Shown: piece by piece, positions 1 through 23,868 of the stretch | Numbering within the stretch: the first letter of the stretch is position 1 | How the letters are laid out: each line of letters begins with the position of its first letter | Assembly (NCBI RefSeq): GCF_009914755.1 | Contig: NC_060931.1 | Strand: one strand, 5' to 3' | Origin: the human T2T-CHM13v2.0 reference genome, Homo sapiens | DNA length: 64,000 nt | Made by a program: the position numbers and the translations under genes | Notes under the pieces: generated by a model | What the model was told of the DNA's origin: nothing | The model's database searches: none | What the model saw: only the letters and a program-made list of their open reading frames with translations

Positions 1-26
1 GTGATCCTTCTGCCTCAGCCTCCTGA

Positions 27-218
<192 letters not shown>

Positions 219-354
219 TGAGACAGAGTCTCACTCTGTTGCCCAGGCTAAAGCGCAGTGGCACAATCTCTCCTCCTCCGGGGTTCAAGTGATTCTTGTT
301 CCTCAGCCTCCCAAGTAGCTGAAATTACAGGCATGTGCCACCACGCGTGGCTAA

Positions 355-507
<153 letters not shown>

Positions 508-1402
508 TAGTGATCACGTTTCTGTAACAACTGTGTGACTGTGTTTTGCAGCTTTTAAACTAGTTTTACGCAAATGTATATAGAGGTACCTTCATACAGA
601 GTCTCATTTACAAGTTAACTTCGCCTCCCCGTAGGATCTGTGTTCATTTCCTGCTGAAATTGCTAAATGTGGCTTGTTTGTTTTTTTCTGTCTTCATCTT
701 CAATGTGCCTGGATTCTTCCTGCTATCATGCTTTTAACCAACCTACATTCAGGTCTTTCATTACCTTCCTGATAAAGTGCTATTTATAAGTTTTCAGTAC
801 TCTTTCTACTTTGAAGCCCTGACTTCTTTTCCCCCAACCACTTTATTCTCTCTCTACAGTCACTGGTTTTTTGTTTTTGTTTTTGTTTCGTTTGTTTGTT
901 TTTTTTTTGAGATGGAGTCTCACTGTGTTGCCCAAGCTGGTCTTAAACTCCTGGGCTCAAGCCCTCCTCCCACCTCAGCCTCCCGAGTAGCTGGGATTAC
1001 AGACGTGAACAACCACACTGGCTCTTCTCTGTCTACATTCAGCACCACCATAGATTATTTTTTGTTTTTTGGGGTTTGGTTTTGTTTTGTTTTGTTTGAG
1101 ACAGAGTCTCCCTCTGTTGCCCAGGCCGGAGTACAGTGTACAGTGGCGCGATATTGGCTCACTGCAACGTCTGCCTCCTGGGCTTAACCGATTCTCATTC
1201 CTCAGCCTCCGGAGTGGCTGGGAATGCAGGCGTGCACCACCACACCCGGCTGATTTTTGTATTTTTAGTAGAAATGGGGTTTCACCATGTTGGCCAGGCT
1301 GGTCTCGAACTCCTGACCTCAAGTGATCCACCTATCTCGGCCTCCCAAAGTGCTGGAATTACAGGTGTGAGTGTGAGCCACCACACCTGGCCTACCTACT
1401 TT

Positions 1403-1658
1403 TAATTACGTGTAGATTAAGGGGCAGTTAGTGCAGAAATTACTAGGGAAGAGGTAGTAACTTCTAAGTTGTCAGCTCATTGCCATGGAAAGGGGTGGTA
1501 ACTCCCGGGTGTTGCCATGGCAACGGTAAACTGACATGGCACTCTGGTGGGCATGTCTTATGGAAAGCTGCTTCTGCCCTGGCCCCATTTTAGCTAATCC
1601 TCAATTTGGTCCACTGTCCAAGCCCCACCTGCAGAGTCAAGTCCCTCCTCCCACCTCA
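1403..1658 (-). mobile_element. MER51-type ERV1 LTR fragment (5' part)
   Basis: Reverse complement reads TGAGGTGGGAGGAGGGACTTGACTCTGCAGG...GGACCAAATTGAGGATTAGCTAAAA...GTTGCCATGGCAACACCCGG, matching the recalled MER51A consensus start. Confidence 0.7.
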
Positions 1659-3011
1659 GCACTGCTAGAAAAGAGCTTCAGGATGGAGCCACACATGTCA
1701 CTCAAGCCCAAGGGTCAGTCAACAGCCCACAGCCCTAAACTCATCTGTCCAATGCCAGACCCTGCAACTGCTGATTTACATGAATCAACTCCATCATGCA
1801 AGCCTCATGACATCCCAATGAGGTAGGTGCTGTTTGAATCCTCATTTTACACTTAGAGAAACTGAGGCTCCAAAAGTTCAAGTAACTAGACCAAGAGTAC
1901 ATGGTACAGACAAGATGAGAACCAAGACCATCTGAGTCCTGCGCCCCTCTACTATACACCATAGCTAGGAAGGATATGGCTTGGGCTGACTTGGGAATGA
2001 GGCCACAAGGCTAGGGGGCTGTTTGGTTTGTTTTGATTTGATTTGATTAGGCACCAATGTTCTCATAAACATCCGTATCCAGACGCAGGTGCTTTTGCAG
2101 TCATGTGACTGGACGTGGGCTAGGACTCTGTTGTCCGTGGCTGGAGTCCATAGCTGAGAACAAAGAAGGAAAAACTTCAGGAGGACACTCCCAGCCCACA
2201 GCACGGCACATCAAAGATCCCAGATGCCACCTACGTGACAGGCAGAAACGCTCGCGAGCTTTGCTTGCTCAGCCAGTTTTTCTGCTCCTCAAGTCTGGAC
2301 GAAAGCAGCAAGAAAGAGAGAAAGGACTTGGTAGAAGCCAAAGAGAAAGGACTTTGCCTTCTGCCTATTGGTGGGGGCTTCCCTCTCCTCCTCCATGACT
2401 GGTTCCCTTGCCCCCTCACCATGAAGACAAGTGAGAATGTCTTCAAAACCTGGGGACAGAGGCTGGGTGCGGTGTCTCTCACCTGTGATCCCAGCACTTT
2501 GGGAGGCTGAGGTGGGCAGATCACTTGAGGCCAGGAGTTCAAGACCAGCCTGGCCAACATGGAGAAGTCTCATATCTACTGAAAATACAAAAAATTAGCT
2601 GGGCGTAGTGGCATGCACCTGTAACCCCAGCTACTGGGGAGGCTGAGGCAGGAGAATCACTTGAACCGGGAAGCAGAGGTTGGAGTGAGCTGAGATTGCA
2701 CCACTGCACTCTGCACTCCAGCCTGCACAACAGAGGGAGACTCCATCTCAAAAAAAAAAAAAAAAAGAGCCGGGGGCAGGGCGGGCAGGAATCCCAGTCA
2801 CCAGGGAGACTCCATATCTACAAAAAACCTCATCCTCGGCCAGGCACAGTGGCTCACACCTGTAATCCCAGCACTTTGGGAGGCCGAGGCAGGCAGATCA
2901 CAAGGTCAGGAGATCAAGACCATCCTGGCCAACATGGTGAAACCCCATCTCTACTAAAAATACAAAAATTAGCTAGGTGTGGAAGCACAGGCCTGTAGTC
3001 CCAGCTACTCA

Positions 3012-3161
<150 letters not shown>

Positions 3162-3212
3162 TTAAATAGGAGACTCTCGTGCCTAGGCAGGTGGCGGGTG
3201 ATTCAACAAAGC

Positions 3213-3332
3213 CACTAAGAGGGGAAGGTGGCCAGGGAGGGGCAGGAGCACCACAGGAGGTCCACGTTCCATTCACTAAGAGGGGAAGGTGGCCAGGGAG
3301 GGGCAGGAGCACCGCAGGAGGTCCACGTTCCA
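3213..3332 (+). repeat. 61-bp G-rich tandem duplication (2 copies)
   Basis: CACTAAGAGGGGAAGGTGGCCAGGGAGGGGCAGGAGCACC(A/G)CAGGAGGTCCACGTTCCA starts at 3213 and again at 3274, with one mismatch. Confidence 0.95.
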
Positions 3333-3585
3333 GCCATTTGAGTGGCCAAGGGTGCCTGAGTTTGTCACAGATCAAATGGACCCAGGAGCAGGTAGCTGGA
3401 CTTGAGTTGTCCAACTGGTGCCCCCACCCAAGAATCTCCTCAAAAGGAGGTTGTGCAGTGCCCTGCTAGGGGCAGAAGGCAGATCGACTGGGACAGGGGA
3501 CTGAGTAGTAAGCAGGCCCCCAAGGCCCCCTGAGGATTTCATCCCTGAACACCACAAGCCAACGTTTGTGTGGCTGACGCACAGT

Positions 3586-5179
3586 AGCGGTAGACTGTGT
3601 TTTCCAAAAGTGACCTTGGCAGCGTTTTTGGTCCCACATGCAATTCCAGAACCACATCACTTCCCATCAAAAGGTGGCATCTGGCTGGGTGCCATGGCTC
3701 ACGCCTGTAATCCCAGCCCTTTAGGAGGCCAAGGTGGGCAGATCACCTGAGGTCAGGAGTTCAAGACCAGCCTGGCCAACATGGCCGTCTCTACTAAAAA
3801 TACAAAAATTAGCCGGGCACAGTGGCAGGCACCTGTAATCCCAGCTACTCAGGAGGCTGAGGCAGGAGGATTGCTTGAACCCGGGAGGTGGAGGTTGCAG
3901 TGAGCCAAGATCGCGTTACTGCGCTCTAGCCTGGGCGACAAAAGTGAGACTTAGTCTCAAAAAAAAAAAAAAAGGTGGCATCGCCAGGCATGGTGCCTGT
4001 AAAACCAGCACTTTGGGAGGCCAAGGCAGGAGTATCCCTTTAGCCCAGGAGTTTAAGACCAGCTTAGGCAACATAGTGAGACCCCATCTCTAACAAAAAA
4101 TAAAATAAAATTAGCTGGGTGTGGTGGCGTGCACCTGTACTCCCAGCTACTCAAGAGGCTGAGGTGGAAGGATTGCTTGAACCCAGGAGTTTGAGACCAG
4201 CCTGGGCAACATAGTGAAACCCCCATCTCTACAAAAAAAATTTAAACATTAGCCGGGCATAGTTGCTCATGCCTGTAGTCCCAGCTACACGGGAAGATGA
4301 GGGTGGAGGATCACTTGAGCCCAGGAGGTCGAGGCTGCAGCGAGTCATGATTGTACTCCAGCCTGGGTGACAAGAGTGAGACCCCGTGTCATAAAAAAAA
4401 GAAGAAAAGAGGGGGGAACATATTTTCCCTTCCCTTGAAACTAGGTGTGACTTTATGACTGCCTCAAGGCATTGAATGCAGTGAAAGGGATGCTGAGTGC
4501 TTCTAAGATTAGGTTATAAAGGACATGTGGCCTTCATTCACCTGTCCCCTCTGTCTCTCTGTCACCCACTCCACTTCCTTCCTTCCCGTACCTCCTTCCT
4601 TCCCTCCCTTCCATTCCCTTCCCTTTCCTTTCCTTCCTTCCTTCACTCCCTCCCTCCCTCCCTTTCTTTCCTTCTTTCCCTCCCTCCCCTTTCCTTCTTT
4701 CCCTCCCTCCCTCCCTGCCTTCCTTCCTTCCTTTCCTCCCTCCCTCCCTACCTGCCTGCCCGCTCACCTGCTCTTCCTTCCTTCCTTCCTTCCTTCCTTC
4801 CTTCCCTTCCCTTCCCTTTCCTTCCTTCCTTCCTTCCTTCCTCCTCTCTCTCTCTCTGGATACTTGTCCTTGGACCCCAGCCACCATCCTGTGAGGAAGC
4901 CCAGAGCACATGAAGAGACCACCTGCACATGTTCAGATCCACTGCCCCAGCTAAGATCTCCGCTGACAGCCAGACCAATCACCAATCTTAGGAGCTGGCG
5001 AGCCTTCAGATGGTCCAACCTTTGAGGCCCCCCAGAGGAGCCAGGTGGAGCATAGATGAGCCATCCATGTGGATCCCTCCACCAAATGGAAGATTTAGGA
5101 GCAAAATAAACAATGTTGTCATTGCTTTCACCCACGAAATTGTTGAATAATTTGTTTTGCTGCTTAAGTAGCTGGAACA
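3586..5179 (+). mobile_element. MLT1-family (MaLR) solo LTR, split by Alus and a CT-rich tract
   Basis: The segments GGTAGACTGTGTTTTCCAAAAG...CCCATCAAAAGGTGG, TTCCCTTCCCTTGAAACTAGG, GCCACCATCCTGTGAGGAAGCCCAG and AAAATAAAC...GCTGGAACA resemble MLT1F/G. The inserted Alu has a target-site duplication (TSD) AAAAGGTGGCATC at ~3669 and ~3970. Confidence 0.6.
4565..4857 (+). repeat. (CCTT)n/(CCCT)n polypyrimidine low-complexity tract
   Basis: About 290 bp that is almost entirely C/T, built from CCTT, CCCT and CT units. Confidence 0.95.
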
Positions 5180-5256
5180 CTGTGTTACCGAGGGAAGAGC
5201 AACAACCAACAGGAGAGAATAGTCAGTTAAGTAAGAGATTTTTGACCCTCTCCCTA

Positions 5257-5592
<336 letters not shown>

Positions 5593-5808
5593 TCAGGCAG
5601 GTGGCACACGCCTTTAATCCCAGCTACGTGGGAGGCTGAGGCAGGAGAATCGCTTGAACCTGGGAGGCGGAGGTTGCAGTGATCCCAGCCTCGGTGACAA
5701 AAGCAAAAACTCCGTCAAGAAGAAAGAAGAAGACTCAGTAAAATGGGACCTTTGGAATCAGATATAAGACTTGGGTTTGTTTTTTTTGTTTTGTTTTGTT
5801 TTTTTTAA

Positions 5809-5913
<105 letters not shown>

Positions 5914-6039
5914 TGAGTAGCTGGGATTACAGGCATGCACCACCATGCCCAGCTAATTTTGTATTTTTAGTAGAGGCGGGGTTTCTCCGTGTTGGTCAGG
6001 CTGGTCCCGAGCTCCTGACCTCAGGTGATCTGCCCGCCT

Positions 6040-6245
6040 TGGCAGCAGCACCCCATCTGGAGTGGCCACTGCCATGATGCTGGCTGCAGTGAGTGAGGCA
6101 TAGCTGGGATCGCAGCACTCCACAGAGCTGGAGGGAGCTGGGAACACATGGAAGCCCCCACTCCTTCCAAGTTGGAGGGACAGGAGACCCTCCCTCCCAG
6201 GAGTAGCTGCAGCCACCCAGTCACAGCCGCAAACCCGGGCTCCCC
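6040..6245 (+). mobile_element. MER52-type LTR 5' fragment
   Basis: TGGCAGCAGCACCCCATCTGGAGTGGCCACTGCCATGATGCTGGCTGCAG...AGCTGCAGCCACCCAG is a CpG-decayed match to the recalled MER52 consensus. Confidence 0.6.
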
Positions 6246-6662
6246 TTCAGCATTGACTCCACCAGCTTTCACAACACAGAAGTCAAACTTAGGCAACCAC
6301 AGTTTCTAGGGTGCCCTTCAGGAACTTTTATTTGTTCAGGGCAGCCAGCCAATTTTTAAGCACAATGTCTCTTTGTAATCATAAATCATTAGTTTCATGA
6401 TTCTTTCAACACTTTCATCTTAGAGTCCTTTCAAAACTCTTGGGTGGATACCACCTGATCTTGTCAGCTGAGCTTGTTTGCTGACAGGTCTAGAACCCTG
6501 GGGTTACAAACGTTATTGCCTATATTCCCTCTGACTATCTGTGGGACCAGTAATCTCATTTCTTGGAATCCATCCTTAGGAAGTAATCAAAGATGTCGAG
6601 GCCAGGCGCGGTGGCTCACACTTGTAATCCCAGCACTTTGAGAGGCTGAGGTGGGTGGATCA

Positions 6663-6929
<267 letters not shown>

Positions 6930-6964
6930 CTAGCACTTTGGGAGGCCGAGGCTGGTGGATCACT

Positions 6965-7106
6965 TCCTGCCTCTGCCACCCCTGAGACAGCAAGAGCAAC
7001 CCTTCCTCTTCCTCCTCAGCTTACTCAGTGTGAAGACGATGAGTATGAAGACCTTGATGATGATCTATTTCCACTTACTGAATAGTAAATATATTTTCTC
7101 TTCCTT
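6965..7106 (+). mobile_element. Tigger2 DNA transposon fragment
   Basis: GCCTCTGCCACCCCTGAGACAGCAAG...TGAAGACCTTGATGATGATC...GAATAGTAAATATATTTTCTCTTCCT matches the recalled Tigger2 3' region. Confidence 0.7.
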
Positions 7107-7298
7107 AAAAAACAGTGTTCACATGATATGAATGTAGCAGATACTTCCAGGATACCAGCCTCCTCTTCAATACAACTGCAACTATGGTTTTGAACAGTGT
7201 TTAAAATAATATCAATAAATATTTATTTGTATATGAAAACAGGAAAAAGGTAAACTAAAGCCATGGGGATTGTGTTAGGGTGGAGAGATTACCGGTAA

Positions 7299-7571
<273 letters not shown>

Positions 7572-8049
7572 TGATCCACCCACCTTGGCCTCCCAAACTG
7601 CTGGGATTACAGGCATGAGCCACCGTGCCCGGCCCTTTTTTTCTTTTTTGAGATGGGATCTTGCTCTGTGGCCCAGACTGGGGTGCAATGGCACAATCAT
7701 AGCTCACTGCAGCCTCAACCTCCTGGGCTCAATCTATCCTTCTACCTCAGCCTCCCAAGCAGCTGGGACCACTGGCACACACTACCCTGCACCCAGCTAA
7801 TTTCAGTATTTTTTGTAGAGAGAGGGTCTCATTACGTTGCTTAGGCTGGTCTCCAACTCTTGGGCTCAAGAATCCTCCCGTCCCAGCCTCCCGAAGTGCT
7901 AAGATTACAGGCTTGAGTCATCGTGTCTGGCCCTGTCATTGCTTTTTAGTTTTCAAACATTTTTTAAAAAGTAAATCTGGCCGGGCACGGTGGCTCACGC
8001 CTGTAATTCCAGCACTTTGGGAGGCTGAGGCGGGTGGATCACAAGGTCA

Positions 8050-8306
<257 letters not shown>

Positions 8307-8929
8307 CTACTGAGTTTCTCCCATGAACTTGTCTCGGAACATAGTGGAAAGTCACAACCATTAAAGCCTGTAGTCCCCCCCACCCTTGCACAACGTGGCC
8401 CCCTCTTATGCGTGCCTTACCCTGCAAGGCAAAGATGAAGGCTGTAACTGTGGTAGGTTGTGAAAGCACTTTGAAGGTAAAAGTGTCTGTTGTTACTCTG
8501 AAAACTCCTTTTAAACGGCTATAATAGCATATGCCACATGAGCAAAGCACAGAACCTTATAACTATGCTTGCTTGTGGAAAGACATCCCTTGTCCACGGG
8601 CCAAGTATTTGAAAATACCACTCCATATAGCTCCAGGGCCCTGAGAGAAGCTACCGTGGCAGCTTTGGGAAACCAGCCACCCTTGGCTTCACTTTGATCT
8701 TCCTCAGTCTACATCCTTGTTTCAGTTCCTTTGCCACAGACATACAATTACCAAGTACTATATTGCTTGATAATAACTATAATTACTACAAGGACTGCCT
8801 GAGATGAAAAAGACAGGTGAAATCGAACTTTCACATGGACTGGTGTCTGAGCTGGAGAGTCTGTTTGAGTTTGAGTAGGGGAAAGCCTGAAACCCCCCAC
8901 CACCTGCTCCCGTTAGTCCCTGCATTAAC

Positions 8930-9720
8930 TAGGGGCGGACTGGGACCTGATCCTCCAAGCTGGAGGCTTGAAAACTCAAGGGCAGGCGCCTGGTCCAGCG
9001 ATTCGGAAACCGAGATGCAAAGTCCTCCCGCGCTCCTAGAGAGGACCCGGAAGCGCGGCGCGGTCCCGGAAGACGAGGTGGTGACACGCTTCCGGCCTTT
9101 GTGACTCATTGTGTCTGTGTCGAGGCGTCGGGAGGGCCTAAGTCCGTGTGCGGTGCCCTTCGGCCGGCCTGAGCCCCAGAGTCAGCTCCCCTTTCTCGCC
9201 CAGCGCCCCCAGGCCGCTCCCGGGGCTCACGGTGAGACTTGGGGCCGGCCTCTGGGGTGGGAGGGCGGGGCCGCAAGGGTGTGTGCGCGAGGGTGGGCTC
9301 CGCAGCTGCGGCCCTGGGACCCCCTCCAGGCGGCCCCGCTGTTGTGCGAAGAGAGTCCATGCCCCTGCCTCCTGGCCGGGCCCGGCCGTAGAAAGCGCCG
9401 TTCTTCCTGGGAGACGTCCCCGCCCCACCCCCAGGATCAGGCGGGGAGGGGGCGAGGGTTTCAGTGGCTGAGGGTGCCCGGAGACCCGGGGAGAAGCCGT
9501 CTGTGGGCCCCTCTCCCGCAGTGTCGTCATCGCCCTTTGACGTTTCTGCAAACGGGGTCGCGAGCGAACCGACCCCGGTCTTGATTTTTCTGCTCTCCCT
9601 TAGTCGCCATTTGCTTTGATTCCGGTGAGGTGTCTTTTTCCCCCCCCGGTTCCTTCGGGACCTCGAGGTGAAATGAGCGGAAGGATGAGAGATGGACACA
9701 TTTTGAGGTGCCGCATACGT
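8930..9720 (+). promoter_or_regulatory. ZKSCAN1: CpG-island promoter of ZKSCAN1
   Basis: High GC and CpG density. GC box GGGGCGG at ~8932; ETS cores CCGGAAG at 9047 and 9066 and CTTCCGG at 9089; AP-1 site TGACTCA at 9102-9108; YY1-like CGCCATTT at 9605. Confidence 0.9.
9080..9231 (+). other. ZKSCAN1: ZKSCAN1 exon 1 (non-coding; transcription start approximate)
   Basis: Donor CACG|GTGAGA at 9231/9232 inside the CpG island; no ATG in this segment. Confidence 0.8.
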
Positions 9721-10725
9721 TTCCAGACCTGCCTTTCCTTCTCCCACCCTCATCACTGAGCGGTGATTAAAGAGTATTTGAAGCCTAGTCATAGTGGATA
9801 AATAGGTGATTGGGATCTAGTAGAGATTATATACACCCCACTCTTTCAGCTTGATGGAATGCTTTGAAGGCTTTGGAAAAGAGCTGTCCGGGACGTTAGG
9901 TGGATTTTTCAATTCTGGATAGTTGCTCTGTTTGACATGGAGTGGGGTGAGAAGTGAAGGGAATTTGTGGAAATTGCACTGTGTCACTAGGAGACTGATT
10001 AGCTGAGTGACCTTGGATAAGACGAGACACTCACCAAGTCTTAATTTCGTCATCAATAAAAACTAACTGGATTTTCTCAAAAGGCCCTTCCGACTTCGAA
10101 ATGATTTGGTCAATGTAATTGAAGAATTAACTACAGTTTAGCTTGACACTCCTCCATCCCTCCCCTCCCTTTCCTGCAGTGCCCCCTGTACACAATAAGA
10201 TACTTTCATTATAGAGAGTGGCTGTTCCATGGCCTGGGACCAAAGAAAGCATTTATTGTACGGGCCAGTGCTAGGCGGATTGGAGGCGGTCAATAAATAC
10301 TTGTTGAATTGAATTGTGGAGAATTCATTGTAACCACATCAGCAAAGCACTGTTAGTATATATGCTGAACAAATGTGGAGAAATCGCTGTTTTACATAGG
10401 AAACCATGGTGATTTGCCCCAGAATGTGTATCCAGGTTTGTATCTTCTCTGAATTAACATATAAGATTCTTGTTTATTATTTCAGGCAGTTTTCACCACT
10501 CTTAAAATACAAACGAGGAAGCTAGCTACTTAGTCTTTTGCTCATTCTCGATTTAAAAGCATTTAAAATACAGATGAATAGCATATTAAATCTAACATTT
10601 TCATTCTGTGGGAGTATCAATATTCTTTGAATAGCTAGCTGTCTTTTAAGGTAGCTTTTTCATATTAAAACATTTGATTGCTCTTTAAAAAAATGAGTGT
10701 AAAGGGCAAAGGGCAATTTATTTAA

Positions 10726-16815
<6,090 letters not shown>

Positions 16816-17011
16816 TCAGGAGCGTTCTGATAGTGCCTCGATGTGCTGCCTCCTATAAAGTGTTAGCAGCACAGATCACTTTTTGTAAAGGTACGTACTA
16901 ATGACTTTTTTTTTATACTTCAGGAATAGTAAAGAAACACATCATAAAACCTCCCAGGACATAAAGGTGAGCACAGACCCTGTTTGGATCAAGTCAGTTC
17001 CTGGAGCCTGA

Positions 17012-17437
17012 ATGATGACTGCTGAATCACGGGAAGCCACGGGTCTGTCCCCACAGGCTGCACAGGAGAAGGATGGTATCGTAATAGTGAAGGTGGAAGA
17101 GGAAGATGAGGAAGACCACATGTGGGGGCAGGATTCCACCCTACAGGACACGCCTCCTCCAGACCCAGAGATATTCCGCCAACGCTTCAGGCGCTTCTGT
17201 TACCAGAACACTTTTGGGCCCCGAGAGGCTCTCAGTCGGCTGAAGGAACTTTGTCATCAGTGGCTGCGGCCAGAAATAAACACCAAGGAACAGATCCTGG
17301 AGCTTCTGGTGCTAGAGCAGTTTCTTTCCATCCTGCCCAAGGAGCTCCAGGTCTGGCTGCAGGAATACCGCCCCGATAGTGGAGAGGAGGCCGTGACCCT
17401 TCTAGAAGACTTGGAGCTTGATTTATCAGGACAACAG
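17012..17437 (+). CDS. ZKSCAN1: ZKSCAN1 coding part of exon 2 (start codon, SCAN domain)
   Basis: [10 protein letters not shown]...[46 protein letters not shown] (SCAN); donor CAG|GTAAAA; 426 nt. Confidence 0.98.
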
Positions 17438-17658
17438 GTAAAAAGAGGTGAAACCTATTATGTGTGAGCAGGGCACAGACGTTGAAACTGGAGCCAGGAG
17501 AAGTATTGGCAGGCTTTAGGTTATTAGGTGGTTACTCTGTCTTAAAAATGTTCTGGCTTTCTTCCTGCATCCACTGGCATACTCATGGTCTGTTTTTAAA
17601 TATTTTAATTCCCATTTACAAAGTGATTTACCCACAAGCCCAACCTGTCTGTCTTCAG

Positions 17659-17812
17659 GTCCCAGGTCAAGTTCATGGACCTGAGATGCTCGCAAGGGGG
17701 ATGGTGCCTCTGGATCCAGTTCAGGAGTCCTCGAGCTTTGACCTTCATCACGAGGCCACCCAGTCCCACTTCAAACATTCGTCTCGGAAACCCCGCCTCT
17801 TACAGTCACGAG
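17659..17812 (+). CDS. ZKSCAN1: ZKSCAN1 exon 3
   Basis: TCTTCAG|GTC...CGAG|GTAAGA; encodes VPGQVHGPEM...LLQSR; 154 nt, in frame. Confidence 0.96.
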
Positions 17813-17834
17813 GTAAGAAGCAAGGTTTCATTTA

Positions 17835-22682
<4,848 letters not shown>

Positions 22683-23353
22683 CTTACCCAGAGCTAAGGA
22701 GACCTCCTTACTTCCCTGCCTTTCTGGATATTGCTACTAAAGTGTTTTTTTTGTTGTTGTTTTTCTGGATTTCATTGAGACGGGGTCTCACTCTATCATC
22801 CAGGCTGGAGTGCGTGATCATAGCTCACTGCAGCCTCGACCCCTTGAGCTCAAGCAATCCTCCCGCCTCACCTGCCACTAAAGATTTTAAAGCTGTGTTG
22901 TGTTTTCCACAAGTGTAGGCATAAATGGGATTCTCATATCCTGGTATCGTTCCTTGGACTGGAGGAAATTAGGAGCCAGACTTGAGCTATGGGCTGAAGG
23001 TACCCACTTTTATAGCTGAGAATAGGAACCTGGGTCCCCATCCTGGCTCTGCCACTGGGAATGTGACATTAGGGAAGTCATTTGCAGTCTCAGGGACTCA
23101 AGTTTCCCCTTCTTTAAAATAAAAGGGTTGGACCAGGTGATTAGGACCCTTTTATGACTCCTGCTCAAGAGTAGAGGTCTTGGGAAAACTGAGGCCCTGT
23201 GTTCTCTCGTTTGTGTTGTCTGGAATTCTGTATTTGGGACCTAAACACTGAACAGTGAACATGCTGGTGCAGGAAGGAACATGCCCCGAGCCCTTCTTTG
23301 AGCAAGGCTCAGAGCGGAGCTGATTTACTCACAGACCCTTTCTCCTCCCCCAG

Positions 23354-23445
23354 CTCTTCCTGCTGCCCACATTCCTGCACCCCCTCATGAGGGTAGTCCC
23401 AGAGACCAGGCGATGGCATCTGCACTATTCACAGCGGATTCCCAG
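23354..23445 (+). CDS. ZKSCAN1: ZKSCAN1 exon 4
   Basis: CCCCCAG|CTC...CAG|GTGAGC; encodes (A)LPAAHIPAPPHEGSPRDQAMASALFTADSQ; 92 nt. Confidence 0.95.
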
Positions 23446-23741
23446 GTGAGCTGTGGCCCCTCTGCTCTCCTGAGTCCTCAGTGTCTGCCTCTGTTCCTGA
23501 GCTCTCTTCATTATCTCCACAGGCCACTCTGGATGCCCCTGCTCTCAAAGAAGCCCCAACCCTGTCCTCTCCTTTTAGCATCTTTCTACCACAAACTCCC
23601 CTCCACCCCCAGGTTCTGGCCACCCTTTTCTTCCCAGCGTCCTGTAGCTTTGCAGCCACCTCTCTTCCTGACTCCAGGTTTGAGCAATGGGATTGTCCCT
23701 GAGTTTGGGGGGAAATGACTGTTTGTCTCGTGTTATTTTAG

Positions 23742-23868
23742 GCAATGGTGAAGATCGAGGACATGGCTGTGTCCCTCATTCTGGAGGAATGGGGATGTCA
23801 GAATCTGGCTCGGAGGAATCTCAGTAGGGACAACAGGCAGGAGAATTATGGGAGCGCATTTCCCCAGG
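23742..23868 (+). CDS. ZKSCAN1: ZKSCAN1 exon 5 (divergent KRAB-A box)
   Basis: TTTTAG|GCA...CAGG|GTAAGA; 127 nt, the canonical KRAB-A exon size; encodes AMVKIEDMAVSLILEEWG...RQENYG. Confidence 0.96.

Larger units (their letters stand above)
16924..17812 (+). ncRNA. ZKSCAN1: circZKSCAN1: back-spliced exons 2+3 (514+154 = 668 nt)
   Basis: Exon 2 is 16924-17437 (branch TACTAAT at 16896, then TTTTTTTTTATACTTCAG) and exon 3 is 17659-17812. They are flanked by inverted Alus at 16520-16815 (-) and 17903-18420 (+). The length equals the well-known 668-nt circRNA. Confidence 0.9.

Noticed and set aside
4497-5180. Long low-complexity ORFs on both strands
   Set aside because: They are a product of the stop-free (CCTT)n tract.
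9106-9792. 228-aa minus-strand ORF and overlapping GC-rich ORFs
   Set aside because: Stop-poor CpG island with no recognisable domain, crossing the exon-1 donor.
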